NCBI GenBank assembly: GCA_963817955.1
Contig: CAWFQK010000002.1
Coordinates: forward strand, 512,001 to 576,000
Reading direction: 5' to 3'
Source of the DNA: an uncultured Gemmatimonadaceae bacterium
GTDB lineage: Bacteria > Gemmatimonadota > Gemmatimonadetes > Gemmatimonadales > Gemmatimonadaceae
DNA: 64,000 nucleotides
Below are positions 9,360 to 22,213 of the stretch, one piece after another (positions within the stretch are counted from its first letter, which is position 1; each line of letters opens with the position of its first letter). A model generated the notes under the pieces. It worked only from the letters and a program-made list of their open reading frames with translations, ran no database searches and was not told the origin of the DNA. The translations under genes and the position numbers were made by a program.

Positions 9360-9955
9360 TTCTTGATGCGGATCATCAGGGAGAGCTGAGCGCGCTTGAT
9401 CTCTCGCTCGCCGGCGAGCACCCGATCGATCTGGTCGAGCACTTTGCTCTCGTCCACCGTCGTGTTGTTCAACAACGACTGCAGCTTCTCGACTTCGCCG
9501 CTCATCTTGAACTGCAGATCGACGAACTTGGCTTGCGCGTCCTTCGCTGCTGATTGAATTGCCGCGCGTTGGCGATCCGTGAGACCGATCGCCTGTTGGT
9601 GCGCCATCACGAGGTCGGGCGGGAACATGAATTGGCTGAGTGGATCGCTGCCGCCCGGCGCCGCGGTGAGAATCTCCAACGTGTCGCCGCGAACACAGCG
9701 GCCGAAGGGCGAGCGATCTCCTCGCGTCGTGATGATGATGACGCCCTGACCCGGTCTGTTGCCGAACTGGGCCGCGGCCTTGGGACCTTTTCGTACTTCG
9801 AGCTGCTCGATCTGGTCTTGATCGAGGCAGATCGGGCCGCCGCCGGCAATAGAGAGCTTGGGACGAAGCATGATCTGCGTCGCCGGCTCGCCTTGCGCCC
9901 CGGCGGCGGACGCCGCGAACAGCATGATCCCCGCTACGACAGACAGCGTTTTCAT
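9305..9955 (-). CDS. Secreted Spy/CpxP-like (periplasmic heavy-metal sensor type) protein with an N-terminal TonB-plug-like segment
   Basis: Signal peptide MKTLSVVAGIMLFAASAAGA after an AAAGGAG RBS; FPPDLVMAHQQAIGLTDRQ and LTEQQ motifs; IEQLEVRKG..GVIIITT segment. Confidence 0.75.
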   Translation of the reverse strand: MKTLSVVAGIMLFAASAAGAQGEPATQIMLRPKLSIAGGGPICLDQDQIEQLEVRKGPKAAAQFGNRPGQGVIIITTRGDRSPFGRCVRGDTLEILTAAPGGSDPLSQFMFPPDLVMAHQQAIGLTDRQRAAIQSAAKDAQAKFVDLQFKMSGEVEKLQSLLNNTTVDESKVLDQIDRVLAGEREIKRAQLSLMIRIKNQLTEQQQTLLRKIRADD

Positions 9956-9957
9956 TG

Positions 9958-10237
9958 TCAGTCTCCTTTGCGTTCGATGACTCGCGCCGGCGCGCTCACC
10001 GCGCCGTCGAGTACTGAAGAAAGAATCGAGGAGTTCGTCAGCGCACCGGTATGCGTGCCGCGCATCAGTCCGGCGGTTGGGGACCTCCACTCCGTGATCG
10101 TCGGCGACCGAAACACCACCGTTGGACTCGCGGTGTTCGAGCCCCGCGCACGCACGGTGAGGAGCGCCCCGACCGCGAGCATGACGACCGCCGCAGCGGC
10201 GAGCCAGATCCACCTGCCGCTCGATCTCGAGCGCGCC
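9958..10237 (-). pseudogene. 3' part of a putative single-pass anti-sigma gene; 5' end deleted
   Basis: RWIWLAAAAVVMLAVGALL TM followed by EWRSPT, between a sigma gene and the Spy-like gene. Confidence 0.55.
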
Positions 10238-10648
10238 CTCGATGGTCACCCCGTGATAGAACACGAGTTGCAGTACCTCTCGCTGTCGTGGTGACAGCGC
10301 GTCCAACGCCGCGATCAGTACCGCACGTCGATCAGACTCGTCGATGATCGCGTCGACGGGAGTCGCCGGATCAGCGAGCTCGATCGCCGCGCCCGCGTCA
10401 TCGTCGCGGGCGAAGCGCGTTCGTCGCCGCCGCATCTCTTCCATGGCGGCGAACCGAATGACGCCGAACACCCACGTCTTGAGCGCGGATGATGCGCCGA
10501 ACTTCGCTTGCCCCGAGAGAATGCGGAGGTAGGCGGTCTGCAGCGCATCTTCCGCGAGCTCGCGATCACGCCCACAGCACGCGAGCGCCCAGGCCCACGA
10601 GTCCGCATGCATCCGGACCAACTCTCTCTTCAGCTCGGATGATCGCAT
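10238..10648 (-). pseudogene. ECF sigma-70 factor truncated in region 4
   Basis: AEDALQTAY, LKTWVFGV, LSPRQREVLQLVFYHGVTIE; the region 4.2 recognition helix is missing. Confidence 0.75.
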
Positions 10649-10741
10649 GGGCTAAAGATTAGTGGCGCGAGGGTAGGGCCTATATGACGGGGCGGTGGAC
10701 GCGAGGATGATGCGTGGACTGCAACTCGCCGCGGCTCCGAT

Positions 10742-11248
10742 TCACGTTCGCCCGTCTACCCGTCTATTTCCTCCAGGCGACTCGGCTGCACGACGCTGGC
10801 GAAGTACTTCATACAACGCGATCCCAACCGACGTCGACAGGTTCAATGACCGAACGTGATGCGACAGGATCGGCATCGTCACCACCCGGTCGGGATAGCG
10901 GTCATGAACGGAGGGAGGCAGGCCGCCAGTCTCTCGGCCGAACACGAGGACCAAGTCGCGTGGCGTGCCGAGTGGGACGTCCCAGAGTGGTCGAGCGCCC
11001 TTCGTTGAGAAGAAGTATGGCACGCCAAGGCTTGGGAGTTGCCGCTCGAACTCGTCCCAGCCCTCCCACAGGCGGAGGTCGACGTGTTCCCAGTAATCGA
11101 GCCCCGCGCGTTTCAGCTCGCGTTCGCCGAGTGAGAAGCCGAGGGGCTTGACGAGATGCAGCGTGGCGCCGGCGGCAAGGCACGACCGGCCGGCGTTGCC
11201 GGTATTCCAGTGGATCTCAGGATGCACGAGCACGACATGGAGCGACAT
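10742..11248 (-). CDS. trmL: tRNA (cytidine/uridine(34)-2'-O)-methyltransferase
   Basis: PEIHWNTGN, LKRAGLDYW, FGRETGGL, RSLNLS SPOUT motifs. Confidence 0.95.
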   Translation of the reverse strand: MSLHVVLVHPEIHWNTGNAGRSCLAAGATLHLVKPLGFSLGERELKRAGLDYWEHVDLRLWEGWDEFERQLPSLGVPYFFSTKGARPLWDVPLGTPRDLVLVFGRETGGLPPSVHDRYPDRVVTMPILSHHVRSLNLSTSVGIALYEVLRQRRAAESPGGNRRVDGRT

Positions 11249-11378
11249 GCGATGAATCTACGGTTCGCCGCTCAACCAGCGTTGTCGGATTCGGGCACGG
11301 CCGCCCATGAGTTGACTCGGCAGGCGGTAGAGTTACATCTTTCAGAGCCTGCGAAGCGCACGTCGGTCTTGGCCGACA

Positions 11379-11416
11379 ACAAAGCCCGCGAGACCAATAT
11401 GGTCCGCGGGCTTTGT
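11379..11416. terminator. Hairpin, probable intrinsic terminator downstream of the DinB-family gene
   Basis: ACAAAGCCCGCG...CGCGGGCTTTGT 12-bp arms with inner GACC/GGTC pairing. Confidence 0.65.
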
Positions 11417-11481
11417 GCCGTTTCGGATTCCGCCGGAGGCACCGCGACTGGCGCTCAGTCGCTCACGACACTGCCGACGAC

Positions 11482-11964
11482 TCAGCCTCGCTCGTAGAAC
11501 GGCGGCGGTTCGATGCCCAATGAGCGCAGATAGACATATCCCTGCCCGCGGTGGTGGATCTCATTGTCCACCACGTAGAGCAGGAGGGCGTAGACCGTCA
11601 TCTCCCAACTCCCGAAGGCCTTGTCGACTTCCTGGAACCTTCCCGCCGGAATCGTCGGCCAGAGTTCGTTGATCTCCTCGGTTGCTGCGTCCCACAGGCG
11701 TAGGATGTCCGCCTTGGTCTTTGCCTCCTTCTGTTCATAAGACTTCCATTCCCTGGAGACCACGCCGCGCAGGGTAGGAACCGTCATCGCGAGGCACTCC
11801 ATCGCAAACACGGCGAAGGTGCGCATGCCGCCAATCGAGTAGGTGTGCAGCTTGTCGTCCGGAAAAGCCGCAATGACTCGTCGCGTCAACCTACGATGGG
11901 CCTGCCAGTGCTGGAGGAACTGCTCGGGGGTCAGGACGAAGTTTGCAGCGGATGCGGGTGTCAT
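11482..11964 (-). CDS. DinB/YfiT-like family protein
   Basis: HWQAHRRLTRRVI, GGMRTF, DNEIHHRGQGYVYLR; start reset to ATG 11964. Confidence 0.9.
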   Translation of the reverse strand: MTPASAANFVLTPEQFLQHWQAHRRLTRRVIAAFPDDKLHTYSIGGMRTFAVFAMECLAMTVPTLRGVVSREWKSYEQKEAKTKADILRLWDAATEEINELWPTIPAGRFQEVDKAFGSWEMTVYALLLYVVDNEIHHRGQGYVYLRSLGIEPPPFYERG

Positions 11965-12155
11965 GTGGATCCCTGCGGTGTCTGTGGGCGTTGATGAGTC
12001 CAGGATGGAAATATGGCGCGCCTCCCGTAACGTGCAGAAGATCGCGGGGCGTCCGCTGGATCGCCTTGGCCGCCGCTCTCGTGTAGGTCGACAGCGCTCT
12101 CTCGAGTTGATCGGCGAGTCCGAGTCCCGTGGAGTGCCAGCACCGGCACCCGAAG

Positions 12156-12354
12156 TCAGCCCGGCAGCCGCTCTCGCCAATAACCCGGCCGGCGATGCTG
12201 GTGAGCGACCGCGATTACCCCGATTGCGTCCCGACGTGCTTGATACACGACATCGTAGCAGAAAGCGGTCCCCGAGACCGGGAACCGCCACATTATAAAA
12301 AGTCGCTGCGGCGATGAACTCGTCGCGCGCCGCCGGGTGAAACTCCAACCTCAC
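12156..12354 (-). pseudogene. RelE/ParE toxin remnant with internal deletion and frameshift
   Basis: MRLEFHPAARDEF..FY..GLGDRF joined out of frame to YDVVY..IAVAHQHRRPGYW; the central part is absent. Confidence 0.8.
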
Positions 12355-12584
12355 CGCCGCAACCGGCGCTCAACTTCGGCGAATACGTCCGTCGCGGCGA
12401 TGCCGACTACGCGACCAGTCGCGAGCTCCGTCGAGCGCCGATCAATCTCCGAATCCCACAGGGCCTCGGCGTCCGCGTCGCGCTCTTCGAGACTCGCCAG
12501 CAGGAGTTCGGCGAGGCGCGCCCGATCGTGCGACGGGAGTGCGAGTAGCTGATCGGCGATGGCTGCCGCGTTGCGATCGACCAT
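12351..12584 (-). CDS. Putative addiction module antitoxin (TIGR02574-like)
   Basis: LALPSHDRARLAELLLASL and WDSEIDRR; stop overlaps the start of the ParE remnant. Confidence 0.85.
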   Translation of the reverse strand: MVDRNAAAIADQLLALPSHDRARLAELLLASLEERDADAEALWDSEIDRRSTELATGRVVGIAATDVFAEVERRLRR

Positions 12585-12679
12585 GAAAAGCTCCCGTGCA
12601 AATGGACTCTCAAATGTACGTTATTCGCGGTGAGATTGCGTCTTCTGCAGCGGACGCGGCTGGGCCTTCCTGGCCGGCG

Positions 12680-15600
12680 TCACACCCACTCCGCGCACAG
12701 CAGCTCTGCCTGCGCCAGCACGGTCTTCACCGCTTCATCCTGAAGGTCTGGCGGATAGCCGTGCTTCTTCAGGATCCGCTTCACCATCACTTTGATCTTC
12801 GCCCGAGCGCTTTCACGGAGCGTCCAGTCGATCGTCACGCTCTTCTTCACCTGCGTGATCAACTCCGCGGCGATCACCTTGAGCTTGTCGTCGCCCATCG
12901 CCTGCACGGCGCTGTCATTCGACGCCAGGGCATCGTAGAACGCGACTTCGTCATTCGTCAGGCCGAGTGCTTCGCCGCGCTTGGTGGCGGCGTCGAGGTT
13001 CTTGGCGAGCTTGATCAGCTCCTCGATCACCTCCATCGTCGAGATGGCGCGGTTGTGGTAGACGTTGAGCGTTTGCTTGAGCTTCTCGCTGAACACCTGG
13101 GCTTGCACCAGGTTGTGCCTCGACCGGACCCGGAGCTCGTCCTTGAGCAGCTTCTCCAGCAGCTCGGCAGCGACGTTCTTATGCTTCAGGCCGCGCACCT
13201 CGGCCAGGAACTGATCGCTCAGGATGCTGATGTCCGGCCTGGATAATCCGGCGGCGGTGAAGACGTCGATCACCTGGCCTTCAGTGGTGATGGCCTTGCT
13301 CACCAACTGACGAATGGCGGCCTCGATCTGTTCTGGAGTCTTCCGATTGTCGCTGCTCTGTTTGTTCAGCGCGGCCTGCAGTGCCTGGAAGAAACTCACC
13401 TCGTCGCGGATCTCCGTCGCTTCATCGCTGGCGGCGCAAAGTGCAAATGCGTGCGAGAGCTCGGTCACCACCTGGACCCACCGCCTCTTGCCGTCCTCCT
13501 GCTCGAGAATGTGCTCCTGTCCGGCGGGGATGAGCGCGAGACGTTCCGCAGGTTTGCCGCTGGTCCACTTGTCCCTGTTGAAACCGTGCATCATGGCGCT
13601 GGCGATTCCGTGTTTCTCCAGCATCACGGCAATGGCCCTCGCGGTGTCCAGGGTCGGGTCTCCCCGGCCACCGCTCTCGGTGTAGTTCGACAGCGCTCTC
13701 TTGAGTTGATCGGCAAGTCCGAGGTAGTCCACCACCAGACCGCCGGGCTTGTTGCTGAACACGCGGTTCACGCGCGCGATGGCCTGCATGAGACCGTGCC
13801 CCTGCATCGGCTTGTCCGCATACATGGTGTGCAGGCAGGGCGCGTCGAAGCCAGTGAGCCACATGTCGCGCACGATCACGATACGGAATGGATCGTTGGC
13901 GGCCTTGAACCGATTCGCCAGCTTGCGGCGCTTCTCCTTGTTGCGGATGTGCGGCTGCCAATCCGGCCCATCGTCGGCGCCGCCGGTCATGACAACTTTC
14001 ACCACGCATGTCTTGCCCCGCTCCGCGTCTGTGTCGTCGTCTTTGGCACCCGCCCAGTCGGGGCGAAGCGCGATGAGCGCGTTGTACAGGTCCACGGCGA
14101 TGCGGCGGCTCATGCAGACGATCATTGCCTTGCCGTCCATCGCCTCCACGCGCTTCTCGAAGTGCGTCACCATATCGGCTGCGATGAGCGCCAGGCGCTT
14201 TGGATCGCCGACCAGCGCCTCGAGCGCGGCCCACTTCGTCTTCAGCTTCTCCTTCTTCGTGAGCTCCTCGCCTTCGGTGATCTCCTCGAACTCCGCATCC
14301 AGCTTCGGCAACTCGGCGGCGTTCAGACTGAGTTTCGAGATCCGGCTTTCGTAGTAGATCGGCACTGTCGCATTGTCGGCGACGGCGCGCTGGATGTCGT
14401 AGATGGAGATGTATTCGCCGAAGATGCCACGCGTGTTCGCGTCCGCCATTTCAATCGGCGTGCCGGTGAAACCGATGAACGATGCATTCGGCAACGCATC
14501 GCGGAGGTTGCTGGCGAAGCCATACGACATCTCCCCCGTCTTCTCGTTCACCTTGCCGCCGAAGCCATACTGGCTGCGGTGCGCTTCGTCGGCGATCACC
14601 ACGATGTTCTGCCGAGCGCTCAGGCAGGGCATCACTTCGCCCTTTTCCGGCATGAACTTGTGGATCGTGGTGAACACGACTCCGCCGCTGGCGCGATTGA
14701 GCAGCTCCCGCAAGTTCTCGCGTCCACTCGCTTGCACTGGCGTCTGGCCGAGTGCGTCTGCGCAACGCTGGAACTGACCGAAGAGCTGGTCGTCGAGATC
14801 GTTGCGGTCCGTGAGCACAACGAGCGTCGGGTTCTGCATCGCCGGATGTCGCACCACGCGCGAGGCGTAGAAGAGCATCGAGAACGACTTCCCGCTCCCC
14901 TGCGTGTGCCAGACCACGCCGGCTCGACGATCGCCCGGCTTTCCGCCGTGCATCCGGCCAGACCAGAAGGTGCCCACGTCCTGCTCGCGCACGACCTTGT
15001 GGCGCGTGCTCATTCCGCTGGCGCGTACTGTTTCGTCCACCGCCGCATTCACCGCGTGGAACTGATGGTAGCCGGCGATAATCTTGTGCAGCGCGCCCGA
15101 GTCCGGGTCCTCCTCGAACACGATGAAGTGCTGGAGCAGGTCGAGGAATCGTTGGCGCTCGAACACGCCGCGCACGAGCACATCTAGCTCCAGCGCCGTC
15201 TTCGGCGCGAGGCCGTCGCCGTCAATCGTGCGCCAGACCTTGAACCATTCCTGATTCGCGGTGATGGAGCCAATGCGTGCTTGCGTGCCGTCACTCAGTA
15301 CCAGGGCCGCGTTGTACTGCAGCAGCGAGGCAATCTCCGCCTTGTACGTCTGGAGCTGCGCGTAGGCGCTCCAGATCGTCGCATCCTCGTCCGCCGCGTT
15401 CTTCAGTTCGATCAGGCCCAGCGGCAGTCCGTTGACGAAGACGACGATGTCCGGTCGCCGGTTGTGCTGGCCCTCGATCACGGTGAACTGATTCACCGCC
15501 AGCCAGTCGTTGGCGTTCACATCGACAAAGTCTATCAGTCGCACGTGATCGCCAGCGATGCTGCCGTCGGGCCGAGCATATTCGACTTCGACTCCGTCTC

Positions 15601-15886
15601 GGAGCATACGGTGGAAGGCGCGGTTCGTCTGCGTGAGCGACGGCGTTCCCACGCGCAGCACTTTTCGGAGTGCTTCTTCGCGAGCGTCGTCGGGAACGGC
15701 GGGGTTCAGTCGTCCGATCGCCTTGCGCAGGCGGTTGACGAGGACGACGTCGCCGAACGAATCCCGCTCCGATGCCGGTTCGCCGGGGGCGATGTGCGGG
15801 CCGTGCCCGACCGCGTAGCCCAGTTCAGCAAACCAGGTGAGGGCGGCGGCTTCGACGGTGGATTCGTTGAGGGTGTTGAGGGTCAT
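12680..15886 (-). CDS. hsdR: Type I restriction endonuclease subunit R
   Basis: PD..IELK nuclease motif, [37 protein letters not shown]. Confidence 0.97.
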   Translation of the reverse strand: MTLNTLNESTVEAAALTWFAELGYAVGHGPHIAPGEPASERDSFGDVVLVNRLRKAIGRLNPAVPDDAREEALRKVLRVGTPSLTQTNRAFHRMLRDGVEVEYARPDGSIAGDHVRLIDFVDVNANDWLAVNQFTVIEGQHNRRPDIVVFVNGLPLGLIELKNAADEDATIWSAYAQLQTYKAEIASLLQYNAALVLSDGTQARIGSITANQEWFKVWRTIDGDGLAPKTALELDVLVRGVFERQRFLDLLQHFIVFEEDPDSGALHKIIAGYHQFHAVNAAVDETVRASGMSTRHKVVREQDVGTFWSGRMHGGKPGDRRAGVVWHTQGSGKSFSMLFYASRVVRHPAMQNPTLVVLTDRNDLDDQLFGQFQRCADALGQTPVQASGRENLRELLNRASGGVVFTTIHKFMPEKGEVMPCLSARQNIVVIADEAHRSQYGFGGKVNEKTGEMSYGFASNLRDALPNASFIGFTGTPIEMADANTRGIFGEYISIYDIQRAVADNATVPIYYESRISKLSLNAAELPKLDAEFEEITEGEELTKKEKLKTKWAALEALVGDPKRLALIAADMVTHFEKRVEAMDGKAMIVCMSRRIAVDLYNALIALRPDWAGAKDDDTDAERGKTCVVKVVMTGGADDGPDWQPHIRNKEKRRKLANRFKAANDPFRIVIVRDMWLTGFDAPCLHTMYADKPMQGHGLMQAIARVNRVFSNKPGGLVVDYLGLADQLKRALSNYTESGGRGDPTLDTARAIAVMLEKHGIASAMMHGFNRDKWTSGKPAERLALIPAGQEHILEQEDGKRRWVQVVTELSHAFALCAASDEATEIRDEVSFFQALQAALNKQSSDNRKTPEQIEAAIRQLVSKAITTEGQVIDVFTAAGLSRPDISILSDQFLAEVRGLKHKNVAAELLEKLLKDELRVRSRHNLVQAQVFSEKLKQTLNVYHNRAISTMEVIEELIKLAKNLDAATKRGEALGLTNDEVAFYDALASNDSAVQAMGDDKLKVIAAELITQVKKSVTIDWTLRESARAKIKVMVKRILKKHGYPPDLQDEAVKTVLAQAELLCAEWV

Positions 15887-16002
15887 GAAGCGGAGATGCC
15901 AGTACCTTATCGCTCTGTATATCGCGATCGAGGACAGCAGTAGGCTTGGGACCGGCTATCCCGACACCATGTCGTGATTCATGTCGCGATCGCGGCATGG
16001 AA

Positions 16003-17142
16003 TCACTTGAGCATCAGATCAAAAGATTTGATGTCAGTGAGCTGCCTCGGTTGACGTCCTGGATTCAATGTTCCCGTCACCTTCACGAAGGCGCCATCTT
16101 TCATGTGCGCTTTGTCAGCCTGCTCATACTGCTCGGCCGTAAGATTGGCTCGCGCACGCACCAGTTCGTCGCCATCAGGCGTGAGCAAGCGGAGGATCAC
16201 TTCACCTGAACGCTTGCCATCCAGCCCCATCTCACCGTCCAATCGTTCGACTGTAGCTGGAAAAATGTCCTCGACATGCTGTTCAGTGGAGCGAAGCTCG
16301 CGGCGCACCTCTTCAATGCGCGGAAAGTAATCATTCTGGACGCGAATGGTTGATACTCGGCCCTCATTTACGGGCTTGGGAATAGATGCAGCCCAAGTAA
16401 AGGCAATCTCTACGGAGTTCTTGAGTGATGAATCTTCAAAACGCGTGAGTGCTTCACACAGATTCGAAGACACAACCGGGTTTGTACCGCTCTTCGTGGC
16501 ATCAACGAACGTATCCAGCGAATCGGTTTCAATGGCGGTGACAAGCTCAGCCAGCGCCTTCTTCAATGTTGATGTTATGCGCCGAACGAACGGTGCCTTC
16601 GTCTCATCTGGGTGTAGCGGCGTTTGCACATCCATACCCTGTACCGGGCATGAAACATTAAACACAAAACTCCCCGGCTGTGTGTGCCGGAATTTGGCGT
16701 TGTCGAGAAACTGTTGCGCCTCTGTCCTGTGTAGTCTTGGATGATGCGCCTGCGGTTTCAATACAGTACACGCGGACGACAGTAGTAGCTGTTGAGCACC
16801 TTGTATCATCGAACCAGCGAAGGCGAGCGGCAACGATCTCTCATTCGGCAGGGACGTTGTCACCTGGAATGCAATTGCATCATCGCCAACTTCCAAGAGA
16901 TTCTTGATGACTGCCTGCGCGGTTCGACCTTCCATGGCCGCTAGCTTGCCGACGACCAGCATCACAGCCTCGGAGTAGTCCGGGGCTGTCATATCCATCG
17001 GAAACACTAACTGTCTTCGCTCGAACTGCGGGTTGCTCATCACATACAGCCGGTCCTTCGCGGCCTCCTTGAGCAGGGTCCAGCCCCGATCCTTCGCGTA
17101 ATCGCGGAGATCCGTAGGAGGGATGAGAGTCTCAGGAGTCAT
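16003..17142 (-). CDS. Hypothetical 379-aa protein coupled to the DUF4365 gene inside the R-M operon
   Basis: Long ORF with lower GC; ATGA overlap with the upstream gene; no family recognised. Confidence 0.8.
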   Translation of the reverse strand: MTPETLIPPTDLRDYAKDRGWTLLKEAAKDRLYVMSNPQFERRQLVFPMDMTAPDYSEAVMLVVGKLAAMEGRTAQAVIKNLLEVGDDAIAFQVTTSLPNERSLPLAFAGSMIQGAQQLLLSSACTVLKPQAHHPRLHRTEAQQFLDNAKFRHTQPGSFVFNVSCPVQGMDVQTPLHPDETKAPFVRRITSTLKKALAELVTAIETDSLDTFVDATKSGTNPVVSSNLCEALTRFEDSSLKNSVEIAFTWAASIPKPVNEGRVSTIRVQNDYFPRIEEVRRELRSTEQHVEDIFPATVERLDGEMGLDGKRSGEVILRLLTPDGDELVRARANLTAEQYEQADKAHMKDGAFVKVTGTLNPGRQPRQLTDIKSFDLMLK

Positions 17143-17681
17143 ACGCCAGGATAAAGCGGGAAGTCGTGGCGGGAAAGCCGGGCTGCAATCTCGGTAAGTG
17201 CCTGCGGTGTGAACTTCTGCACCTTCGGTAGATATACCGTTGTTCCGCTACTGTTGATCGTGGCCGGCGCACCGCGGAGGCTTTGCCAATAGGCGCACTT
17301 GCGAAGAGCGAGCTCATCCTCCGAATGCTTCAACCAGTCCTGCGCGTCCGTTGGAAGAAACAGCACAACGAGGATGCGAGCCACGTCAACTGTACGCGTT
17401 CTCAAATCATCGTAGCGGTGCACGCCACTCAGAAAATACGAGAAGTTGGTCCCATCATCCGGAGGCGTTGCGATGGTGGCCTTTAATTGCACCTTGATGT
17501 CCACTTCCGTCAGGTAACCGCCCCCCGTGAACGGTCCCCAGGCAGTCAAGTTGGCGTCTACACCATTGTTGTCTTCATGACGGCTGCTCACACTGCACGC
17601 CACGCCTGCCTGCGACGCGACAGCGTGCAGATAGGCATAGCTCAACTCCGATTCAACGCTTGGCGGCGAGAGTGATTGCAT
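17139..17681 (-). CDS. DUF4365-like protein (PD-(D/E)XK-fold-like)
   Basis: ELSYAYLHAVA, DNNGVD, VQLKAT, ILVVLFLP, CAYWQSL; start uncertain (17681 or 17774). Confidence 0.75.
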   Translation of the reverse strand: MQSLSPPSVESELSYAYLHAVASQAGVACSVSSRHEDNNGVDANLTAWGPFTGGGYLTEVDIKVQLKATIATPPDDGTNFSYFLSGVHRYDDLRTRTVDVARILVVLFLPTDAQDWLKHSEDELALRKCAYWQSLRGAPATINSSGTTVYLPKVQKFTPQALTEIAARLSRHDFPLYPGV

Positions 17682-17813
17682 GATCTGGTCGATTAGTAGC
17701 GCATTTGGTTCACTGGTGCAACGCTCTGCTCCCTGCTCAGGAGCTTCGGCACCAGCTGGTATAGTCTCGGCCAAGTTCGTCCGAGAAGTCTTCGACAGTG
17801 GAGTCGTTGAGGG

Positions 17814-18865
17814 TCAAACTTCCGGCGACTTGGGTTTCCGCGGTCTCGGCAACCTTCTCAGTTCCTTCGTGGCCGCCTCGAATGCCGCGTCTACGCGTTG
17901 CGGCTGAGCATCCAGAAGAGCCCGATACCGCGCGTACTCCAATTCCGCCTTCGTCTTGGCGGAGTCGGCGGAAATCTTCCCTGCGTGATCCAGCAGTTCC
18001 CGGCCCGAGATCTTCAGAAACTCATCCAGCTTCGCGATCCAATCCCGCATCGTCATCGGCTTGCGGTCGAGCGCTTGGAGCTCCGCGTATTCGAGATAGA
18101 GGTTCACGACGCGGTTCAGCACCTGAAGTTCGTCTTCCGTGAGGTAGTTCTTGGCCACCGTGACGTCGTCCTTTCGCACTATGCCGCCGAGTCGCGTGGT
18201 CTGCAAACCCATGAAGGGGGCTTGGCCGCATCGACTCTCTCCGCGATCACCTCCGCCGCAGTGTGGCCGTGCGAGGCCCAGTGCATCTTGTTCTGAACGG
18301 CGGCGAAGAACCGGTGCGACTGCTCAGCGTCCGGCGTGTAGTCCACGCTGGTCGCGTAGATATCGAGCACTTTCTGGTAAAAGCGACGCTCCGACGACCG
18401 AATGTCGCGGATGCGTTCCAGCAGCTCGTCGAAGTAGTCCTTCTGCCCCGCGCCCGGCGGATTCTTGAGCCGCTCGTCGTCCATGGTGAATCCCTTCACC
18501 AGGTACTCGCTCAAGCGAGCCGTTGCCCACTGACGGAACTGCGTGCCCCGGTGGCTGCGGACGCGGAAGCCGATGGCGAGAATGGCCTCCAGCCGGTAGT
18601 GACGGAGCTGACGGGAGACCTCGCGGCCACCCTCTGATCGAACTTGTAAGTATTCCTTACAAGTTGCCCCGTCGGTCAGCTCGCCCTCCTCGAAGATGCC
18701 CTTCAGGTGGAGGGTGATGTTCTGTGGCGTGGTCTCGAAGAGCTCGGCGATCTGGGCCTGAGTCAGCCAGATCGTATCGTCTTCAAACCGGCACTGAATG
18801 CGAGTGCGGCCGTCCTCGGTCTGGTAAAGGATGAGGGCGGACTGGGGCACGGGCTCGCCACTCAT
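17814..18865 (-). CDS. rhuM: RhuM-family (virulence RhuM) protein, frameshifted at a homopolymer near 18218
   Basis: IWLTQAQIAELF, FRQWAT, YLVKGFTMDDERLK, IRDIRSSERRFYQK; AKNYL in the second frame. Confidence 0.9.
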
Positions 18866-20215
18866 GGTGCAGTTGCCCTTCGTAGCTGGGGGGCCGCGCC
18901 GTGGCTGGGTCCGACGGTGGCAGCTATCCGGGAATCCCGGATAACTGAACCCGCCACCACGCTCAGTTCCCCGCTCAGCAGCTTCGGCAGCAGAGTGTCT
19001 CGGAGAGTGGCGAGGTTACGGGATTGAAGGGTGTTGGCGAACGCTTTATCGAAGATTGGCGCGACGTGCCGATCGAATGCGGTGAGGACGGTTGTGTTTG
19101 GCCAACACACGCGCAACCGTTTCATATCGGCAACAGTAACGTGGCCCAGGCCTGTGGTCTGCTTGTTCCTTGCCGTCTCGACAAGGACCGGTCGCAGGTG
19201 CTGAATGACGTAATAGACGAAGCGCTTCTCCGCCGATGTCGGTGTAATCACCTTGAAGATGTGCTGATTGAGCAAACCTTGGCGACCACTCCAAAGGAAT
19301 GCGTCCAGCGATGTGTCCGGGCTTCCCGACCATGAATACACCAAGTCGCCGGTGTCGATTACTTGGTCAGACCCGCTGGCACGCCGGCTCCATCTTGTTT
19401 GAGGACCGATGCCGTCCTTGAGTTCCCCAATTTTGATGACCGGCCGTCCGTATCCCGTCTCGCAGAAGTCTTCGCTTCGGAAGGCAGCACCATTGACCCA
19501 CTGCGCTGTTTCGTAGAGCGGAATCGTGCGCCATCCCGCCGGAATTTGACCGACGGGGGATTCTTGGAAGGCGTCAGGGAATAGGGCGGCGGTAGCTGGG
19601 TCGAGCCCCATGGGGGAGCGGCCATCGAGTTTGGCGCGGACGGGGTCGAAATCCACGAACCAGCTCTGGAACAGCGCCCGCGCCATCGCCTCCAGCGTCG
19701 CGTTCATCCGCCGGTTCAACTCGATCTTGTCGTCCAATGCCCCAAGTACCGCCGCGATGGCTTTTTGCTCAGCCAGAGGCGGGAGTGTGATTTCGAGCCG
19801 TGAGAAGTCGCCTTTGTTTAGAATGGGTTGTGCCGAACCGCCTGCTGCTTGGTGGCGAATCTCATCCTTGCGCGTGCTGAGGTTGTAATAGACGAACTCG
19901 TTGCTGAAGCGACCGTCAACGACGATTGAGTTGATTTGCTGATTAGTGACGCAATCGCGGCCGGCGATGGCGCCCTTCCCCATGTCGGAGCCAATGCAGG
20001 ACACTAAAACGGCACCTGCGGGAATCGTTGAGCCTTTTACGGAAGTTGCGCCGCTGTTGGTGAGACAACGGGCAGTAGTGCTAATGGTTTTCCTCCCGTC
20101 CATGTCTGACGGTGTGACGAATGGAATCTGCCCGCCGAAGTGACCTTCGACCGCGGTCAGCGGCGTCTTGCCGGTGACGATTCGGCCTAAATCACCGAGA
20201 GTTAACTCCTGCCAT

Positions 20216-20226
<11 letters not shown>
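18862..20226 (-). CDS. hsdS: Type I R-M specificity subunit
   Basis: [54 protein letters not shown]; two TRDs. Confidence 0.95.
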
Positions 20227-21802
<1,576 letters not shown>

Positions 21803-22125
21803 TATCAGGGTGTTACAGGTGTGAAATGTATTGGTTCAGCGTGAACTGGAGTGTCAGCGAGTGGGGTGAGGCAGTGGCATACCGGTGACGGTATTGTACT
21901 ACGCGATGTCGCGGGCGGCGACTCGGAGCCTTGCCCGAGCAAAGACACACTTCCGCTTACGGGCCGGCGGGGCGGCGGGGCGGCGGCCACGGCGATCTCA
22001 ATGTCTCGCCAATCTACAAAGCAGGAGAAAGAGAATCGGCGGACCGCACAGGAACAGAGACGGCGCCGGCCAAAGCAGCGCCAATCGAATGGCGTGTGCG
22101 AAGGCGAGGCGAGAGAGCCAGTTCA

Positions 22126-22213
22126 TTAACCGCGGCGTGCCGATTCGATGGCAGCGATGTCGATCTTTGTCATCTGCATCATCGCATCGAATGCGCGCTT
22201 GGCGGCAGCAGGA
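22126..22213 (-). pseudogene. C-terminal fragment of a VOC/PhnB-like protein
   Basis: PAAAKRAFDAMMQMTKIDIAAIESARRG* with no upstream remainder. Confidence 0.6.

Noticed and set aside
9305..10648. Single 447-aa sigma-Spy fusion protein
   Set aside because: Explained by a deletion; the Spy-like gene has its own RBS and signal peptide
11482..12354. 290-aa ParE-DinB fusion
   Set aside because: Read-through from a broken parE across non-coding-looking sequence; DinB starts at 11964
13451..15187. Long antisense ORFs (also 54623-56671, 61810-63282, 5135-6205)
   Set aside because: Shadow frames of well-supported genes in GC-rich DNA
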